A stretch of 43,981 bases of DNA, from the IMG/VR virus record IMGVR_UViG_3300012663_000778, positions 1 to 43,981 of that record. The stretch is one strand, 5' to 3'. Shown piece after piece: positions 27,101 to 36,926 of the stretch; the stretch's first letter is position 1; each line of letters opens with the position of its first letter. A program made the translations under genes and the position numbers. Origin of the DNA: a virus. Lineage: Duplodnaviria > Caudoviricetes. The notes under the pieces were generated by a model. The model was not told the origin of the DNA. It was given only the letters and a program-made list of their open reading frames with translations, and did not search any database.

Positions 27101-28757
27101 AACTGGTGAAACCAGTGCTGATTTTGCTAAAAGAGTTGAGCAAGAGCTTGGAAATAAGTTAGACATAGCAGTTAAAACTGTATTTCCAGGAATAGAGAGT
27201 TTAGCCAGTAAATTTCAAAACTTTGGTGAAACTCTTGCTGAATTTGCAATGCGAGTTCAAGGTGATTCAGAGCAAATCAAATTTGCTTTTCAGTCAATTG
27301 GTCAAGCTTACATTGATAAACCCGGTGGGGCAATGGCCCAAAGAGAAGCCGAACAAAGCTTAGTTAAAGCATTTGGTGGATCTCAAGAATTATTTTCTGC
27401 TATTGATAAGTATGGAAATAGTATGCTTACTGAGGCCGAAAGATTAGCTCCAGTGCGTGATAATGTTAATAAGAAATTATTAGAACTATTCCCTGCAATG
27501 CAATCAGGTGGCAAATCTTTAATTACTACCAGAGAAGAGTTTGATAATCTTAGAAAAACTCTTGATCCTCTTAATCCTGCTACTGCAGATTTATGGGCAT
27601 CAATGACCAGATTAGGTCCTGCATTTGCTTCAATAACTGAAGAAGTTAAAAAGCTAACAGAAGCAGAACTTAAAAAGGCCAAACAAGATCAAATATTAAC
27701 TATACTAGCTCTTAAAGGTGATGACTTAAGCAAAGCAAAAGCTCTAGCTCTTACTAGACAGCGTGAATTAGATGCAATGGATGCTTTATTAAAACCAAAT
27801 CAACTATACATCTATGCTTTACAAGATGAAGCAGCTGCAAAAGATAAGCTACAAAGCTCTTATGATAAAGTAAAGTCTGCAATTACTGGTACTATTGATA
27901 GTTTAAAATCTCAAGTTACGGTATTACAAGACTATAAGAAAAATCTACAAATGGGTGATAAGTCTAACTTAACACCACAAGAAGCTTATGCAGCTTCTAA
28001 AGGTCAGCTAGACGCAACTGCCGCACTAGCGCAGCAAAAACTTGGAGACGGTGCCTCTAAAGCAGAGATTGCTGCAAGAGACAAAGCAGTTTCAAGTTTA
28101 CCTAATTTAATAGATCAATTCTTAGCACAATCTAAGACTTCATATGCTAGTGGCGATCAATATCAAGCTGATTACTCTTGGGTAAATAGTTTACTTGATA
28201 CTACTACTGAACAGCTAACAATTCAGCAAACAGACTCTGAAAAACAATTAACAGCTCTAACAGATAGTGTTAGTTATTTAACAACTATTGATGAAAATAC
28301 TAAAACAACAGCAACTTTAATGACAGAATTTATAGCTAATCAAGTTAGTTATGAAACTGCAGCAGTAAGTGCTACAAATCTTTTAACAGAAGAACTAAAA
28401 AGTATATTAGCAAATTTACCTACAAAAGTAAAAGGATATGCTTCAGGTGGTTTAGCTAATGGAATTGCAATGGTTGGAGAACAAGGACCAGAGTTAGTAG
28501 ATTTTGCCTCACCAGGTAGAGTATATACAGCTGGACAGACCGCTGCTTTTGGAGATAATACTGCACTAGTTGCTGAATTAAAAGCTTTAAGAGATGAAAT
28601 GTCTCAGTTACGTTCGGAACAAAAAGAACAAACTGGACACATTATTCAAAGTAATTACGATGCTAATCAGAAAAATGCGCAAGCAGTTTCTAATGTTACA
28701 GAAAATGCTATTAAGCAACAGACGTGGAAAGAACGTTCTCAAGTTGTAATAGCTTAA
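21138..28757 (+). CDS. tail tape measure protein (T5 pb2-like N-terminus), 2539 aa
   Basis: GGAGG RBS; RDFAKQAQGLGGLVHVYATFAAN..PELLDELGI; long Ala-rich coiled coil with hydrophobic segments; C-terminal YASGG..VGEQGPELV. Confidence 0.92.
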   Translation: MATEQSTIEVNVLTKGLTEATASAQKLHDIMKATSNIAANIRIPTAVQAAQEQVAATNTRRSSPVMASPKPKGGGGGNEYGTARGTVGTGAEGRDFAKQAQGLGGLVHVYATFAANLFAVSAAFSALSKAADTTNIIKGLDQLGAQSGRSLGGVAKAMVEVTGGALSLREAMTSTALASSAGMTNAAMIRMTEVAKKASLALGRDMGDSMDRLTKGIAKVQPELLDELGIMARVIPSQEKYARELGKSVSALTDFEKKQAFANAVLEEGERKFSSINIDTNPYTQLSASLANVAQTGLELVNTVLGPLASSLAKSPTALGLALTGIAGILLKQAIPALGQYKKSLEAVNADNLKKVSEMQKIQGEAGYDYDTKIVGERARKKYLIQKDYANKTLDEQKKIALEADKVGGDAAQASAARATSLLGHETTTNKIRDRMYQTAAISGAKYNVSQTQGAYGMTAAFSQLSEEMTKLQSKTNTIDVGGGLMRQVPAINKFSAALVGISGAIAIIGTTIGTLINRFAPWIIAITAFASAVSFLIDYFKTATTAVNASAKALEGITTAAKTIGDTLDAIEKKPFLEQISNASVQAKAAAINELSSSLGLLVKRNKEASEKVAKGSYADSIGDQRLTFRLDRAYKVGDAYTSNLGKELADGTQQALVAASKLIVGSAEEATYRASIKNILGISYSDSDNLEKQLKNIPDELIKKLPKLQKSLEDTNKAINNAASAGKELDDAWTAATKTFDNLITSLAITDPLGKLGDETIKVGIAMTKAFEDPANKLAELSKTSKDMSRLRFMSPETAKDMMLFAERLEESAKKVDKLKDKLKISRENENKSSKEVGMFGKVTDFLGITDNPGDLKKAQQESKNIQSQINAEANKVEYQDLYLKSQDEVFSRGAKLVEVSISQAFAKANIALSQTILANAGNTKQGIDALADLAKQQIDVESANLNVMVELARATNELAKIQEELLIAEKRKQLNPNDADFNKQSSKLTERAIVLEASREQKSFKDTTRDLNSTNPIDRQAAQRNYGLVSIIESTRAQLALNTAKKQGIQIDAEGKKILLDIDGIIRRNDLISKGLSLKSAELGLLAQSSQYESEAAVLQKQSLERSITDLAQEKERLSIVGQIRDAEMRASKATDPKAKAAANASVLKFRNDLADKEKQIAMDVQILDLKNIQELKNAKIAEFNYLKDFQLLNNTINTESLSAIQSTTSLYLDFVQQQKASIELSNLKLNFDKQSNAELQNQIILQDRLNKLRADSKSDPETILIAQEALSKSTAKIAQTQMKYEADVANVNIKNQKLRLDGLESIRKRQADLAFSEIESANKIALIKLDAEDKLIQAKLSLGRISETTAARMTAKLAQDRFEKELDLQSKAEKKLQEEEFNAKLARADQLNSALTELNRQQETERVEAARKAQEEIDKLRKTPVSIPGQDIPGSKSQDVIDTGIAQQVEKLNNLQEVQNKKAQETRNNFALQDSEATSAANRRVAEQSALNTLKKQELQYAFQIGEQQAKINQLSKDQAFYTEMAESAAKSFAAGLTDAGKAMGDVIKLFAQTATITEKYNIERLNAEKAIADKAGKTAEDQKRDVTNLNQLDAKYYASKLDGAASIASASAGLFDKDSKAYKQLMSLEKAFHLMKIAGMVFQQAMFLKDWVVRMTSTKAEMALTGTKNATDTGSSMFGSLGKMFGFGKSGSGAGAVIDAGATDMSLGQAGAAAVGQGASTTAVGAAGTTAGAAGAAGASGMGASLMAAGPYVLAAVAVYKLLGLGDKKPPGPTPEELAAVSGTGMRYNAAGKLEASGTGALGDAKAANEGIEKSIDYLTKINYENLQFDKNKALVALEAIRDNTENFVKSIGATGKIGDMTAGGVELSKKSGALGFSSSSTSLAASGVIIKGTIGEIADGLGGSVKKFEDIRTQTSKWWGLKTRTSINRTETEVSNDAKEFIQATVGSFRTAIQASAAAFGQDGGLLKPIIDQLDISFTAYQTGETSADFAKRVEQELGNKLDIAVKTVFPGIESLASKFQNFGETLAEFAMRVQGDSEQIKFAFQSIGQAYIDKPGGAMAQREAEQSLVKAFGGSQELFSAIDKYGNSMLTEAERLAPVRDNVNKKLLELFPAMQSGGKSLITTREEFDNLRKTLDPLNPATADLWASMTRLGPAFASITEEVKKLTEAELKKAKQDQILTILALKGDDLSKAKALALTRQRELDAMDALLKPNQLYIYALQDEAAAKDKLQSSYDKVKSAITGTIDSLKSQVTVLQDYKKNLQMGDKSNLTPQEAYAASKGQLDATAALAQQKLGDGASKAEIAARDKAVSSLPNLIDQFLAQSKTSYASGDQYQADYSWVNSLLDTTTEQLTIQQTDSEKQLTALTDSVSYLTTIDENTKTTATLMTEFIANQVSYETAAVSATNLLTEELKSILANLPTKVKGYASGGLANGIAMVGEQGPELVDFASPGRVYTAGQTAAFGDNTALVAELKALRDEMSQLRSEQKEQTGHIIQSNYDANQKNAQAVSNVTENAIKQQTWKERSQVVIA

Positions 28758-28761
28758 AATC

Positions 28762-28789
28762 AGCCCCAGCTTTGCCTGGGGCTTTTTTT
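28762..28789 (+). terminator. intrinsic terminator after the tape measure gene
   Basis: AGCCCCAG-CTTTGC-CTGGGGCT-TTTTTT. Confidence 0.85.
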
Positions 28790-28809
28790 GTGCCAAACAA
28801 AAATTATGC

Positions 28810-28838
28810 TTGACTAAATATGCTTAAACGAGTATAAT
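28810..28838 (+). promoter_or_regulatory. sigma70 promoter for the tail tip genes
   Basis: TTGACT-17 bp-TATAAT; AGGAG RBS downstream. Confidence 0.8.
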
Positions 28839-28863
28839 ATAGTAGATTGATATAGGAGCGCTT

Positions 28864-30786
28864 ATGGCAATAAATTATACTCAAGCATGGCTTGAAGATC
28901 CTACAAGCATACGAGGAATATTAGTAGAAGTAACAGTAAAAGACTTGCAAGGTATCTACGGTACTGCAGGCAGTGAAAACGTTATATACTTATCTAATAT
29001 TGGTTATGTTTCCGGGGACTCTCAAACTAGCTATCTGCCATATTTAACAGGCAGTTTACAGACAACAGAATCAATATCTATAGATGGTTCACTAACAATG
29101 TCATTTGGCGACATTGCGATAGCAAATACAAGCGGTGAAAGAGATGATTGGTTAGACAATACTAAGTTTATTTGGACAAATAGGCCTATACAAGTGTATC
29201 TCGGCGACCCAAGATGGTTGTTAGCGACAGTCAACGATATTCATGACACTAGTACTGGTGGATTCCAAAAAATATTTGATGGAATCGTATCCGATATAGA
29301 CTCTAGTAGTAGAGAAGTACTTAATATTAAAGTACGTGATAAACTACAAAGATTAAATGAGCCAGTAACAGACAATAAATTAGGTACTAATGGTACCTGG
29401 GGGCAAGGCCAAAGCAATCAGGACTCTATACGTCCTTTAATTTTTGGTGAAGTATTTAACGTAAGCCCTATACTAGTAGATCCAAGTCAACTAGAGTATA
29501 TGTTTCACGATACTAACGTTGGAACAATTATTAAATCAACAACAGCTGGTACAAATTTAATTACTTGCACAAGTACTAAAGGCTTTGTACTTAATGCTGA
29601 AGTAGTATTTACAGCTACTGTAGTTGTATCTGGAACAGGACTAACACCAACTACTGCGGTATTTGGTGGACTAACGGCGGGTACTACATATTACGTTAAA
29701 ACTATTAATAGTGATAATACTTTTACAGTATCCACAACTAGTGGAGGTGCAGCAGTATCTTTAACTACGGCTGCCGCAGTTACTACTGCAACAGTACAAG
29801 CAGAGGTAAAAGTATCTAGTGCAGAGTTAATAATTGAAATAAGAGATAATGGGGTACCAATCTATACAGATGCAAGTGTTTATACACTTAGTGGAGTACC
29901 TAGACCTCAAGGTGCTACTATTAACTATAATACTGGTAAGTTTAAATTAACTAAGCCACCAAGTGGAACCATAACTGCCAGTATACAAGGTGCAAAAAGA
30001 TCAGTTAATATTACTAATGGTACTCTAGTGGAAGGTACCTACGTAAATAATATAGCTAATATAATTGCTTTAATAGTTACCCAATATGGGTTAGCCTCGG
30101 TACGTTTATCTGCCTCAGACATAGATTTCACTAATTTCAGTAATTTTGCTACTAATAATACACAAGCAGTAGGTATTGCAATAACTGATAGAACTAATAC
30201 ACTTCAAGCGTGTAGATTTATTGCTAATAGTGCTAATGCTAATCTATTTATGAATCGCACAGGATTATTACAATTATTACAACTTGGTACTCCTACTGCA
30301 GACACAAAAGTATATATTACTGATAATGATATACTACATCATTCTTTACAAGTATCTAGTAAAACTAATGTTGTAGCCGCTACTAAGGTAGCTTATTGCA
30401 GAAATTATACACCACAAACAACATTAGCATCAACACTTCCAGCTAATCATAATAAAATATTTCAAGAGCCATGGCTTTCAAATACTGTAGTAGATTCAAC
30501 AGTACAATCTGATTATAAATTAGATTCCACGCCAACTCAACTAGAAACTGCTTTAATTAGAGGAATACATTCTGCAGCATTAGCTCAAAGTCTTAATTCC
30601 TACTGGAAAGTACCAAGAATTATTTATTCTTTTACAGGTACTAGTAAGCTATTATCCCTTAAACTAGGTCAAGCTGTAAATATTACACACAATAGATTTG
30701 GTTTAACTTCTGGTAAAGATGGTCAAGTTATATCTTTAAGCCCTAACTGGGTAGCCGGAACTATTTCTGTAGAGGTAATAATTTAA
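28864..30786 (+). CDS. tail tip / baseplate hub-like protein with an inserted Thr-rich beta domain
   Basis: IFDG, RPLIFGEVFNVSP, LKLGQAV.ITHNRFGL; follows the tape measure gene. Confidence 0.6.
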   Translation: MAINYTQAWLEDPTSIRGILVEVTVKDLQGIYGTAGSENVIYLSNIGYVSGDSQTSYLPYLTGSLQTTESISIDGSLTMSFGDIAIANTSGERDDWLDNTKFIWTNRPIQVYLGDPRWLLATVNDIHDTSTGGFQKIFDGIVSDIDSSSREVLNIKVRDKLQRLNEPVTDNKLGTNGTWGQGQSNQDSIRPLIFGEVFNVSPILVDPSQLEYMFHDTNVGTIIKSTTAGTNLITCTSTKGFVLNAEVVFTATVVVSGTGLTPTTAVFGGLTAGTTYYVKTINSDNTFTVSTTSGGAAVSLTTAAAVTTATVQAEVKVSSAELIIEIRDNGVPIYTDASVYTLSGVPRPQGATINYNTGKFKLTKPPSGTITASIQGAKRSVNITNGTLVEGTYVNNIANIIALIVTQYGLASVRLSASDIDFTNFSNFATNNTQAVGIAITDRTNTLQACRFIANSANANLFMNRTGLLQLLQLGTPTADTKVYITDNDILHHSLQVSSKTNVVAATKVAYCRNYTPQTTLASTLPANHNKIFQEPWLSNTVVDSTVQSDYKLDSTPTQLETALIRGIHSAALAQSLNSYWKVPRIIYSFTGTSKLLSLKLGQAVNITHNRFGLTSGKDGQVISLSPNWVAGTISVEVII

Positions 30787-33700
30787 TGTCAACTTTATTA
30801 AATGATAATGATTTAGCCCTTCAAGGGGCACCTTACAGAGATAAAACTAGTTTAGTCTCTGTAACTGCCAGTGCCACAAACTTTATCACTGTAAAAAATG
30901 GCGGAGCAACAACCCCTAGTAGTATAACTCTAACAGCTACACCTAATATTGTGTTCAGTGGCGCAGCTGCATTTAGTTGGAGTTATGCTTTAAATACTGC
31001 TCCTACTACCTTCAAGGCTTTTGATGGGGCCTTGATACAAGGAACTACAACACTTAGCGGTTCTGGAACTAGCATTGCTAAAGCCGGAACATACACTAAT
31101 TTAGTGCCTTTAACTACAAGTGGTACAGGTACAGGTGCAAAATTTGTAATTACAAAATTAAACACAAGTAACAGTTATTCAGGAAATATTAGTGTAACTA
31201 TTGTTAATCCTGGAGTAGGGTATAAAACTGGAGATACTATAACTATCTCTGGAGGATTTCTTGGTGGTTCAGTAACTACAAATAATTTAGTAATAACTAT
31301 TGGTGGATCAGTTACCACGGAAAGTGGTACTAATACAAAAGAAATAACTGCAGCAACAGTTAATTCTTTGGTAGGTGAAACTAAAGCTACCTCTATACAA
31401 TTCAGATGCGCTGTAAGTGAAAATTTCATTGAAACAGCATATGGATACTCTTTAGTAACATATAGTTTAGAACAAGCCAATGCAGATTCAATTAGTATTG
31501 AACTTACTAGAACTAATGGAGCAGTAAATACAAATACTGCAGGTGTACCAAATAACTTTAATGATAGTGGTACTACAATTACAGCTATAAGAGGAGGCAC
31601 TCAATTAGCTTACAGTGTAGCAGGCGGAAATTTAGTAGGAATATCTGTACCTAATAGTTTCAGTGTTGAAATTGTTACAGATACTGATATAGACCCAAGT
31701 GTTCCTTATAGAACTGTAGGTCCAATTACTAATACTACAAATTCATGGACTTTAAGTGGAATAACCGCACTAACAGAAGATTCAGCAACTGTAACATTTT
31801 TAATTACCGTATACGATGCATCAGGAATTAAAACTCAAGGTACTTTCAAAACTTTAACTTTAACTAAAGTAGCAAGTGGAGTAGATGGTGATCCAGCACT
31901 AGTTTATTTTATAGATCTTAGCGCTCCAGTAATAACGAAAAGTACTGCTAGTAAGTTCATAACTGGTCAACATCAACAAATAAAAGTATACGGAAAAAGA
32001 ACAATAGGTACAGGTACTTATAGTATATATGGCTTTCTAACAGTAACAGGGGATTTAGAAACAGAAGCTACTACAGCATTTGCTTCTACTAATAGTGGAT
32101 ATACCACAAATATAGCTAATACTTCTGAAAATAGTATATACACAATTAGATTATATGACAGAGCAGATAGAACTAATGCGGCCGCACAACTATTAGATAC
32201 TCAAACAGTACCTGTAGTATTTAATGGATCAAATGCCATTACTTCAGTACTTAGTAATGATTCTACTCCAGTCACTGTAAGTTTCTCAGGTGTAGTAATT
32301 GCTGGAGGATATGCAGGTACAGAAACAGCAATACGAGTTTATGAAGGTGCAGAAGAATTAACTTTTGATACTGTTGGAGGCACTAGAGGAACATATCGTG
32401 TAACTGCAGTAGGAACCGGAGTTACTCCTGGCACTATAAGTAGAGCAGCTAATATGCTCCATGCTATTACCGGAGTTGTTTCTGGACTAACTATAGATCA
32501 AGCAACTATTACTTATACTATAACTGGCACAAGTAAAACTGGTACACAATTTACTACTACTAAAATACAGAGTATTAATAAAACTTACCCAGGTGCTGAT
32601 GCTTTATTTAATTACTTAGATATATCAGCAGGTGTAATAACTAAAAATGCTGATAAAGCTACAACAGATGGAGCGCACAGTACAGTAGTAATTACAGGTA
32701 AACAAACTATAGGCAATGCAGCCCCTATTACTACAGGGTTTATAACATTTACCCCAACTTTATTAGTACTTTCTGTAAATTCTAACGCAGTATTATTAAG
32801 TGGCGTTAGTACTTTAACAGTTAATAGTCCAATAATCTTTTCTGGCATAGGGATGCCATCACAAATAACAGTAGGTAATACATACTATATTAAAACAATA
32901 GATGCCACTGCTAAATCAATTACATTATCTAGCACATTTGGTGGAGCTACCCTAAATTTAAGTAATACGGGTAATTTAACAACTGCCTATGCACAATCAG
33001 AAGCAACTTTAGCTACTGCTAATAGTATAATAGGTGTAATACCTAATGATGCTGGTGCATATAGTTATATAGCTAGACTATACAATAATGCAAATAAAAC
33101 AATATTATTTGATTTTGAAGAACTTCTTGTTTTATTTAAGGGATCAAACGCAGTAGTAGTAAATCTTAGTAATGATTCTGCACAGATTTCTTGCGATTTT
33201 CAAGGTATACCTAGTACTGGCGGATATACTAATACAGGTACAACGATACAGGTATTTGATGGTACTAATGAGTTAGTATATAATGGAGTAGGTACAACAG
33301 ATGGAACTTATAAGGTTACAGCAGTTGGAACAAGTATTACCCCAGGATCAATAGCAGCTAGTGGTGTTTCAGCATTAGTAGGAGTAGCAAGTGCTATAAC
33401 TAACGATTTAGCTAGTATTACTTTTACAATTACTGGTAAATCATTAAGTGGTATAGGTATCAACCTAGCTAAAATTCAAACTTTATCTAAACAAATAAAT
33501 GGTAAAAATGGTGATAATGGTATAACGTATAAAACCATTGTTATTCAAGCCTCTGGTTGGAGTAACAGTAGTACACCCCCAGCCTTAACAGGAACTTTTA
33601 ACTATAATTGGTCTACAGGAGTACTTACAGCTGGTACAGGTATGAGTACAATATATCCAGCAGGATATTACGCAGATGCCCCAGCAGCTACTGCAAACGG

Positions 33701-34271
33701 TCAAACTTTACATAGTGTAATGGTATCAATATCAGCACCTAGTACTGATACTATAACATATAATATTCCCTGGTCATTAGGGAAAACTAATAGAATTGGG
33801 TATAGAGTAGATGGTACTATAGGCACTGTTGGAGACTCAGCTAGAACCTGTTACATTGTAACTACTTCAGCAACTCCACCTAGTACACCTACTGCCGGCT
33901 CAGGAGACGTTGTACCAACTTCTGCAGATGGTACGTGGTCTTTTAATGCCACTAGTACGCTAACTAATGGGCAATTTATGTATCAGTCAGATGGACTATA
34001 CAAGCCCTTACCTAGTCCAGGAAGTATTACTTGGAGAGCCCCGTACTTAAGTAACTTAAAAGTCGGTAATCTATCAGCAATTACTGCAGATCTTGGGTAT
34101 ATTACTGCAGGATCTTTAAATATTGGTTCAGGTAAGTTTACTGTAGATACAAGTGGTAACGTAAAAATTAAAGGAACAGGTACTGCTAGAATGGAGATTT
34201 CCAATGAAACTATAAAGGTTTTTGATAATTCAGGATCTTTAAGAGTTCAACTAGGAAATCTTGATGCGTAA
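30786..34271 (+). CDS. central tail fibre / host-specificity protein with three repeated beta modules
   Basis: Repeats of the type LSNDS..G..TxIxVxxG; C-terminal NLSAITADLG.ITAG..VFDNSGSLRVQLGNL typical of gpJ-type C-termini. Confidence 0.7.
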   Translation: MSTLLNDNDLALQGAPYRDKTSLVSVTASATNFITVKNGGATTPSSITLTATPNIVFSGAAAFSWSYALNTAPTTFKAFDGALIQGTTTLSGSGTSIAKAGTYTNLVPLTTSGTGTGAKFVITKLNTSNSYSGNISVTIVNPGVGYKTGDTITISGGFLGGSVTTNNLVITIGGSVTTESGTNTKEITAATVNSLVGETKATSIQFRCAVSENFIETAYGYSLVTYSLEQANADSISIELTRTNGAVNTNTAGVPNNFNDSGTTITAIRGGTQLAYSVAGGNLVGISVPNSFSVEIVTDTDIDPSVPYRTVGPITNTTNSWTLSGITALTEDSATVTFLITVYDASGIKTQGTFKTLTLTKVASGVDGDPALVYFIDLSAPVITKSTASKFITGQHQQIKVYGKRTIGTGTYSIYGFLTVTGDLETEATTAFASTNSGYTTNIANTSENSIYTIRLYDRADRTNAAAQLLDTQTVPVVFNGSNAITSVLSNDSTPVTVSFSGVVIAGGYAGTETAIRVYEGAEELTFDTVGGTRGTYRVTAVGTGVTPGTISRAANMLHAITGVVSGLTIDQATITYTITGTSKTGTQFTTTKIQSINKTYPGADALFNYLDISAGVITKNADKATTDGAHSTVVITGKQTIGNAAPITTGFITFTPTLLVLSVNSNAVLLSGVSTLTVNSPIIFSGIGMPSQITVGNTYYIKTIDATAKSITLSSTFGGATLNLSNTGNLTTAYAQSEATLATANSIIGVIPNDAGAYSYIARLYNNANKTILFDFEELLVLFKGSNAVVVNLSNDSAQISCDFQGIPSTGGYTNTGTTIQVFDGTNELVYNGVGTTDGTYKVTAVGTSITPGSIAASGVSALVGVASAITNDLASITFTITGKSLSGIGINLAKIQTLSKQINGKNGDNGITYKTIVIQASGWSNSSTPPALTGTFNYNWSTGVLTAGTGMSTIYPAGYYADAPAATANGQTLHSVMVSISAPSTDTITYNIPWSLGKTNRIGYRVDGTIGTVGDSARTCYIVTTSATPPSTPTAGSGDVVPTSADGTWSFNATSTLTNGQFMYQSDGLYKPLPSPGSITWRAPYLSNLKVGNLSAITADLGYITAGSLNIGSGKFTVDTSGNVKIKGTGTARMEISNETIKVFDNSGSLRVQLGNLDA

Positions 34272-34284
34272 TTAAGGAAGTAAT

Positions 34285-36015
34285 ATGGCATACGGACTAT
34301 CGTTTTTTAAAGGTTCAACTACTGGATTTGATGATTGGATAGCAACTACAAATGCTACGAATCCAACTTTAAGAGCCCAGTATGCGGCCGATCAACTTGC
34401 AGATAACACCGGAATATCTGCAACTAGAGCTGATGTAGTTGAAGCTTTTATATCTAGTATTAATACTCCTATAATTCCTACTAATACAGAAATACGTGGT
34501 TGGATGATAAGTGGTTTAAGTACCTTTACTTCATACTACACCAATCTTTATAATAATGATTCTGCATGGCGTACAAAAGTTATTGCAGATAGGTTATTTG
34601 AAACAACAGTTAGTTCTCCTCTAACTATAAAACAAGAAGCTAATCAAAATGGTTTCACTTCAGAATCTACTCAAGATAGTTCAGGAAAAAATAAAACAAC
34701 ATTCTTATTAGGTATAGACAATGGTACTATAACTGAAGATGTAACAGGTAATACATCTATTTTATGTGTAAACCCTATTACTAGAGATGACTCATTTTAT
34801 ACTCAATTCCCTAAACCTAAATATATGGGTACTGTAGGATATAACGGGTCTAATTCATATACACAAGTATCGGGTGGAGACTTTATAATTCCTAAAAGTA
34901 CCAACTGGTGTGCCGAAGCCTGGATTTACCCTGGTAGATTTGGTGGAGGTATTATGGGATCAGGGGACTATGGGCCTGGATCTTGGCAACTATTTCATAA
35001 TCAAAGTAGTGGTGCTATACAATTAATTTCAGAAATACTTACTGCAACTACTAGAACATTTAATACATTTTACTGGTCCGGATATTCTCTTCGTGTTTAT
35101 GGGGCATTTCCCCCTACTGGAATAAGTGTAGGTACTCAAATTACTCCACCAAGTTCTTTTGGAGCCGTTGGTAATATGTATGTAACATCGTTAGATGCTG
35201 AAAATGCACTTATTAATGTGAATACAAGGTTTGCAGGTGGAGCTTTAGATGAAGAGGGTAATCCTAACGGATTTAAACAAACATATACTACTGATGAAGA
35301 GGGTAATTTTGTTGCACTTACAGCAGATTCGGGATTTACATATTCAACTCAAGAAGCTGCAGTTAGCTTTATGGATTCAGGTGCAGTTACTGCACCAACA
35401 TATACTTGGACTCATGTAGCAGCTAGTTTAAATGGTACTACCTTGCAGCTATTTGTAAATGGAGTACGAGTAGCTACAAAAACTATTTTACCTACTGCGT
35501 TTAAACCAAATAGTATAGATCAATCTTATTATTTAGGAGTTCATGAGAGAAGATCTGCTTCACCTATTTATTTTCAAGGTTATATATCTAGCCCTAGACT
35601 AGTAAACGGAAAAGCTATTTATACAAGTAATTTTTCACCCAGTATTACAGCTCCAAGAACTACCAGAATAAGTGTAATAAAAGCCTATGCTAGAAATTTA
35701 TCGGGGCCAGTACAACCTACAGAACGAGATATACAATATTGGATGTTTAGAGGTTTTGACGCCAGTACTCTACAGTTTAGTAGTACTGATATAACCTGGA
35801 ATCAAGTAGATAGTTTTTATAAGTTAGCAAATACTAACGTAGGCAATAATTATCCATCATGTGCTGGTAAAGAAATGTTAGTTACTCAAATATTAATTGG
35901 TACCCCCGATTTTAATAAACCCTATTATGCAAATACAATAACTACTAACTCTAGTGGTTCTATATATTTAACAGGTGCAAATGTGGACACCTATATAACG
36001 GTACTTATGCGATGA
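34285..36015 (+). CDS. tail tip accessory protein with a LamG/concanavalin A-like domain
   Basis: WCAEAWIYP..WTHVAAS..LFVNG..FQGYISSPRLVNGKAIYTSNF; MAYGL N-terminus. Confidence 0.7.
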   Translation: MAYGLSFFKGSTTGFDDWIATTNATNPTLRAQYAADQLADNTGISATRADVVEAFISSINTPIIPTNTEIRGWMISGLSTFTSYYTNLYNNDSAWRTKVIADRLFETTVSSPLTIKQEANQNGFTSESTQDSSGKNKTTFLLGIDNGTITEDVTGNTSILCVNPITRDDSFYTQFPKPKYMGTVGYNGSNSYTQVSGGDFIIPKSTNWCAEAWIYPGRFGGGIMGSGDYGPGSWQLFHNQSSGAIQLISEILTATTRTFNTFYWSGYSLRVYGAFPPTGISVGTQITPPSSFGAVGNMYVTSLDAENALINVNTRFAGGALDEEGNPNGFKQTYTTDEEGNFVALTADSGFTYSTQEAAVSFMDSGAVTAPTYTWTHVAASLNGTTLQLFVNGVRVATKTILPTAFKPNSIDQSYYLGVHERRSASPIYFQGYISSPRLVNGKAIYTSNFSPSITAPRTTRISVIKAYARNLSGPVQPTERDIQYWMFRGFDASTLQFSSTDITWNQVDSFYKLANTNVGNNYPSCAGKEMLVTQILIGTPDFNKPYYANTITTNSSGSIYLTGANVDTYITVLMR

Positions 36016-36926
36016 CAACTTATGGATTTTTAGCTACAAATGGCAATAGTCAAGTACTAATATCAAGCAAGACAAAAAATCTGCACTTCTTAGGTAAGGC
36101 AACATACTATCAAACTTTACAAAGTACAAATAGTTATGGTGGTATTAGACGATGGTCATATAGAATAAACTGTATTACAACACCTGTTCCTTTCTTTACT
36201 ACACCTACGTCAGAAAGTTATGCAATTTTACGTATGACTGTAGTAGCAGCAGATACTTGGGAAATTGAAATAATTAAATCTGGTAGTAGTGATGTAAAGC
36301 CAGAAGTTTATATATTTACAGAAGCTAATGGTCAAATTACGCCAAATACTTCTTGGGGTATGAAAGTACTAAATGAAACATCTGGAGTAACTTACGACTC
36401 TAGGCTTAGGCCCCTAATTGTAAAAGCAGGAGGATCAGCAACCCAGCCGTATGATCCACTTACAAGTGTACCCCCTCCAGGGGCATTAGATGCCGCTTAT
36501 TGTCAATCAGATGCTAGTCCATATCTTCTACCAAGTGCTACTACTGGATCTAGTATAGGCGGAGTATCCATAGTAAAACCTATAGTAAATTATCAGTCTG
36601 TATCTCAAGCCCAAAGACAATTTCAGGTATCTTTTGTTAGAAAAACTGGATTTTTTGTTAAGCAAACATATGTATATCATAGTTACTACTGGGTATTTTG
36701 TAGAGGTGGGATATCTGTTGCACAGTCAGGATCTACACTTAATATAACTAATGGGTGGGTAGCTGTAGATTATTCATGTAATTGGACATATTCAAAAGAA
36801 AGTACTTTTATAGGTATTGGTGTTGGAGGTAATAGTAGAACAGGCGGTACATGGCCTTTCGAAAATACTTCCATAAATATGAACCCAGTAAGTTTTATAG
36901 TTTCTGATGGTAGCTTATATGATTAA
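36012..36926 (+). CDS. tail tip accessory protein
   Basis: YGFLATN..ISS and WGMKV..TYDS motifs typical of small tail proteins after gpJ-like genes; ATGA coupling. Confidence 0.55.
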   Translation: MTTYGFLATNGNSQVLISSKTKNLHFLGKATYYQTLQSTNSYGGIRRWSYRINCITTPVPFFTTPTSESYAILRMTVVAADTWEIEIIKSGSSDVKPEVYIFTEANGQITPNTSWGMKVLNETSGVTYDSRLRPLIVKAGGSATQPYDPLTSVPPPGALDAAYCQSDASPYLLPSATTGSSIGGVSIVKPIVNYQSVSQAQRQFQVSFVRKTGFFVKQTYVYHSYYWVFCRGGISVAQSGSTLNITNGWVAVDYSCNWTYSKESTFIGIGVGGNSRTGGTWPFENTSINMNPVSFIVSDGSLYD

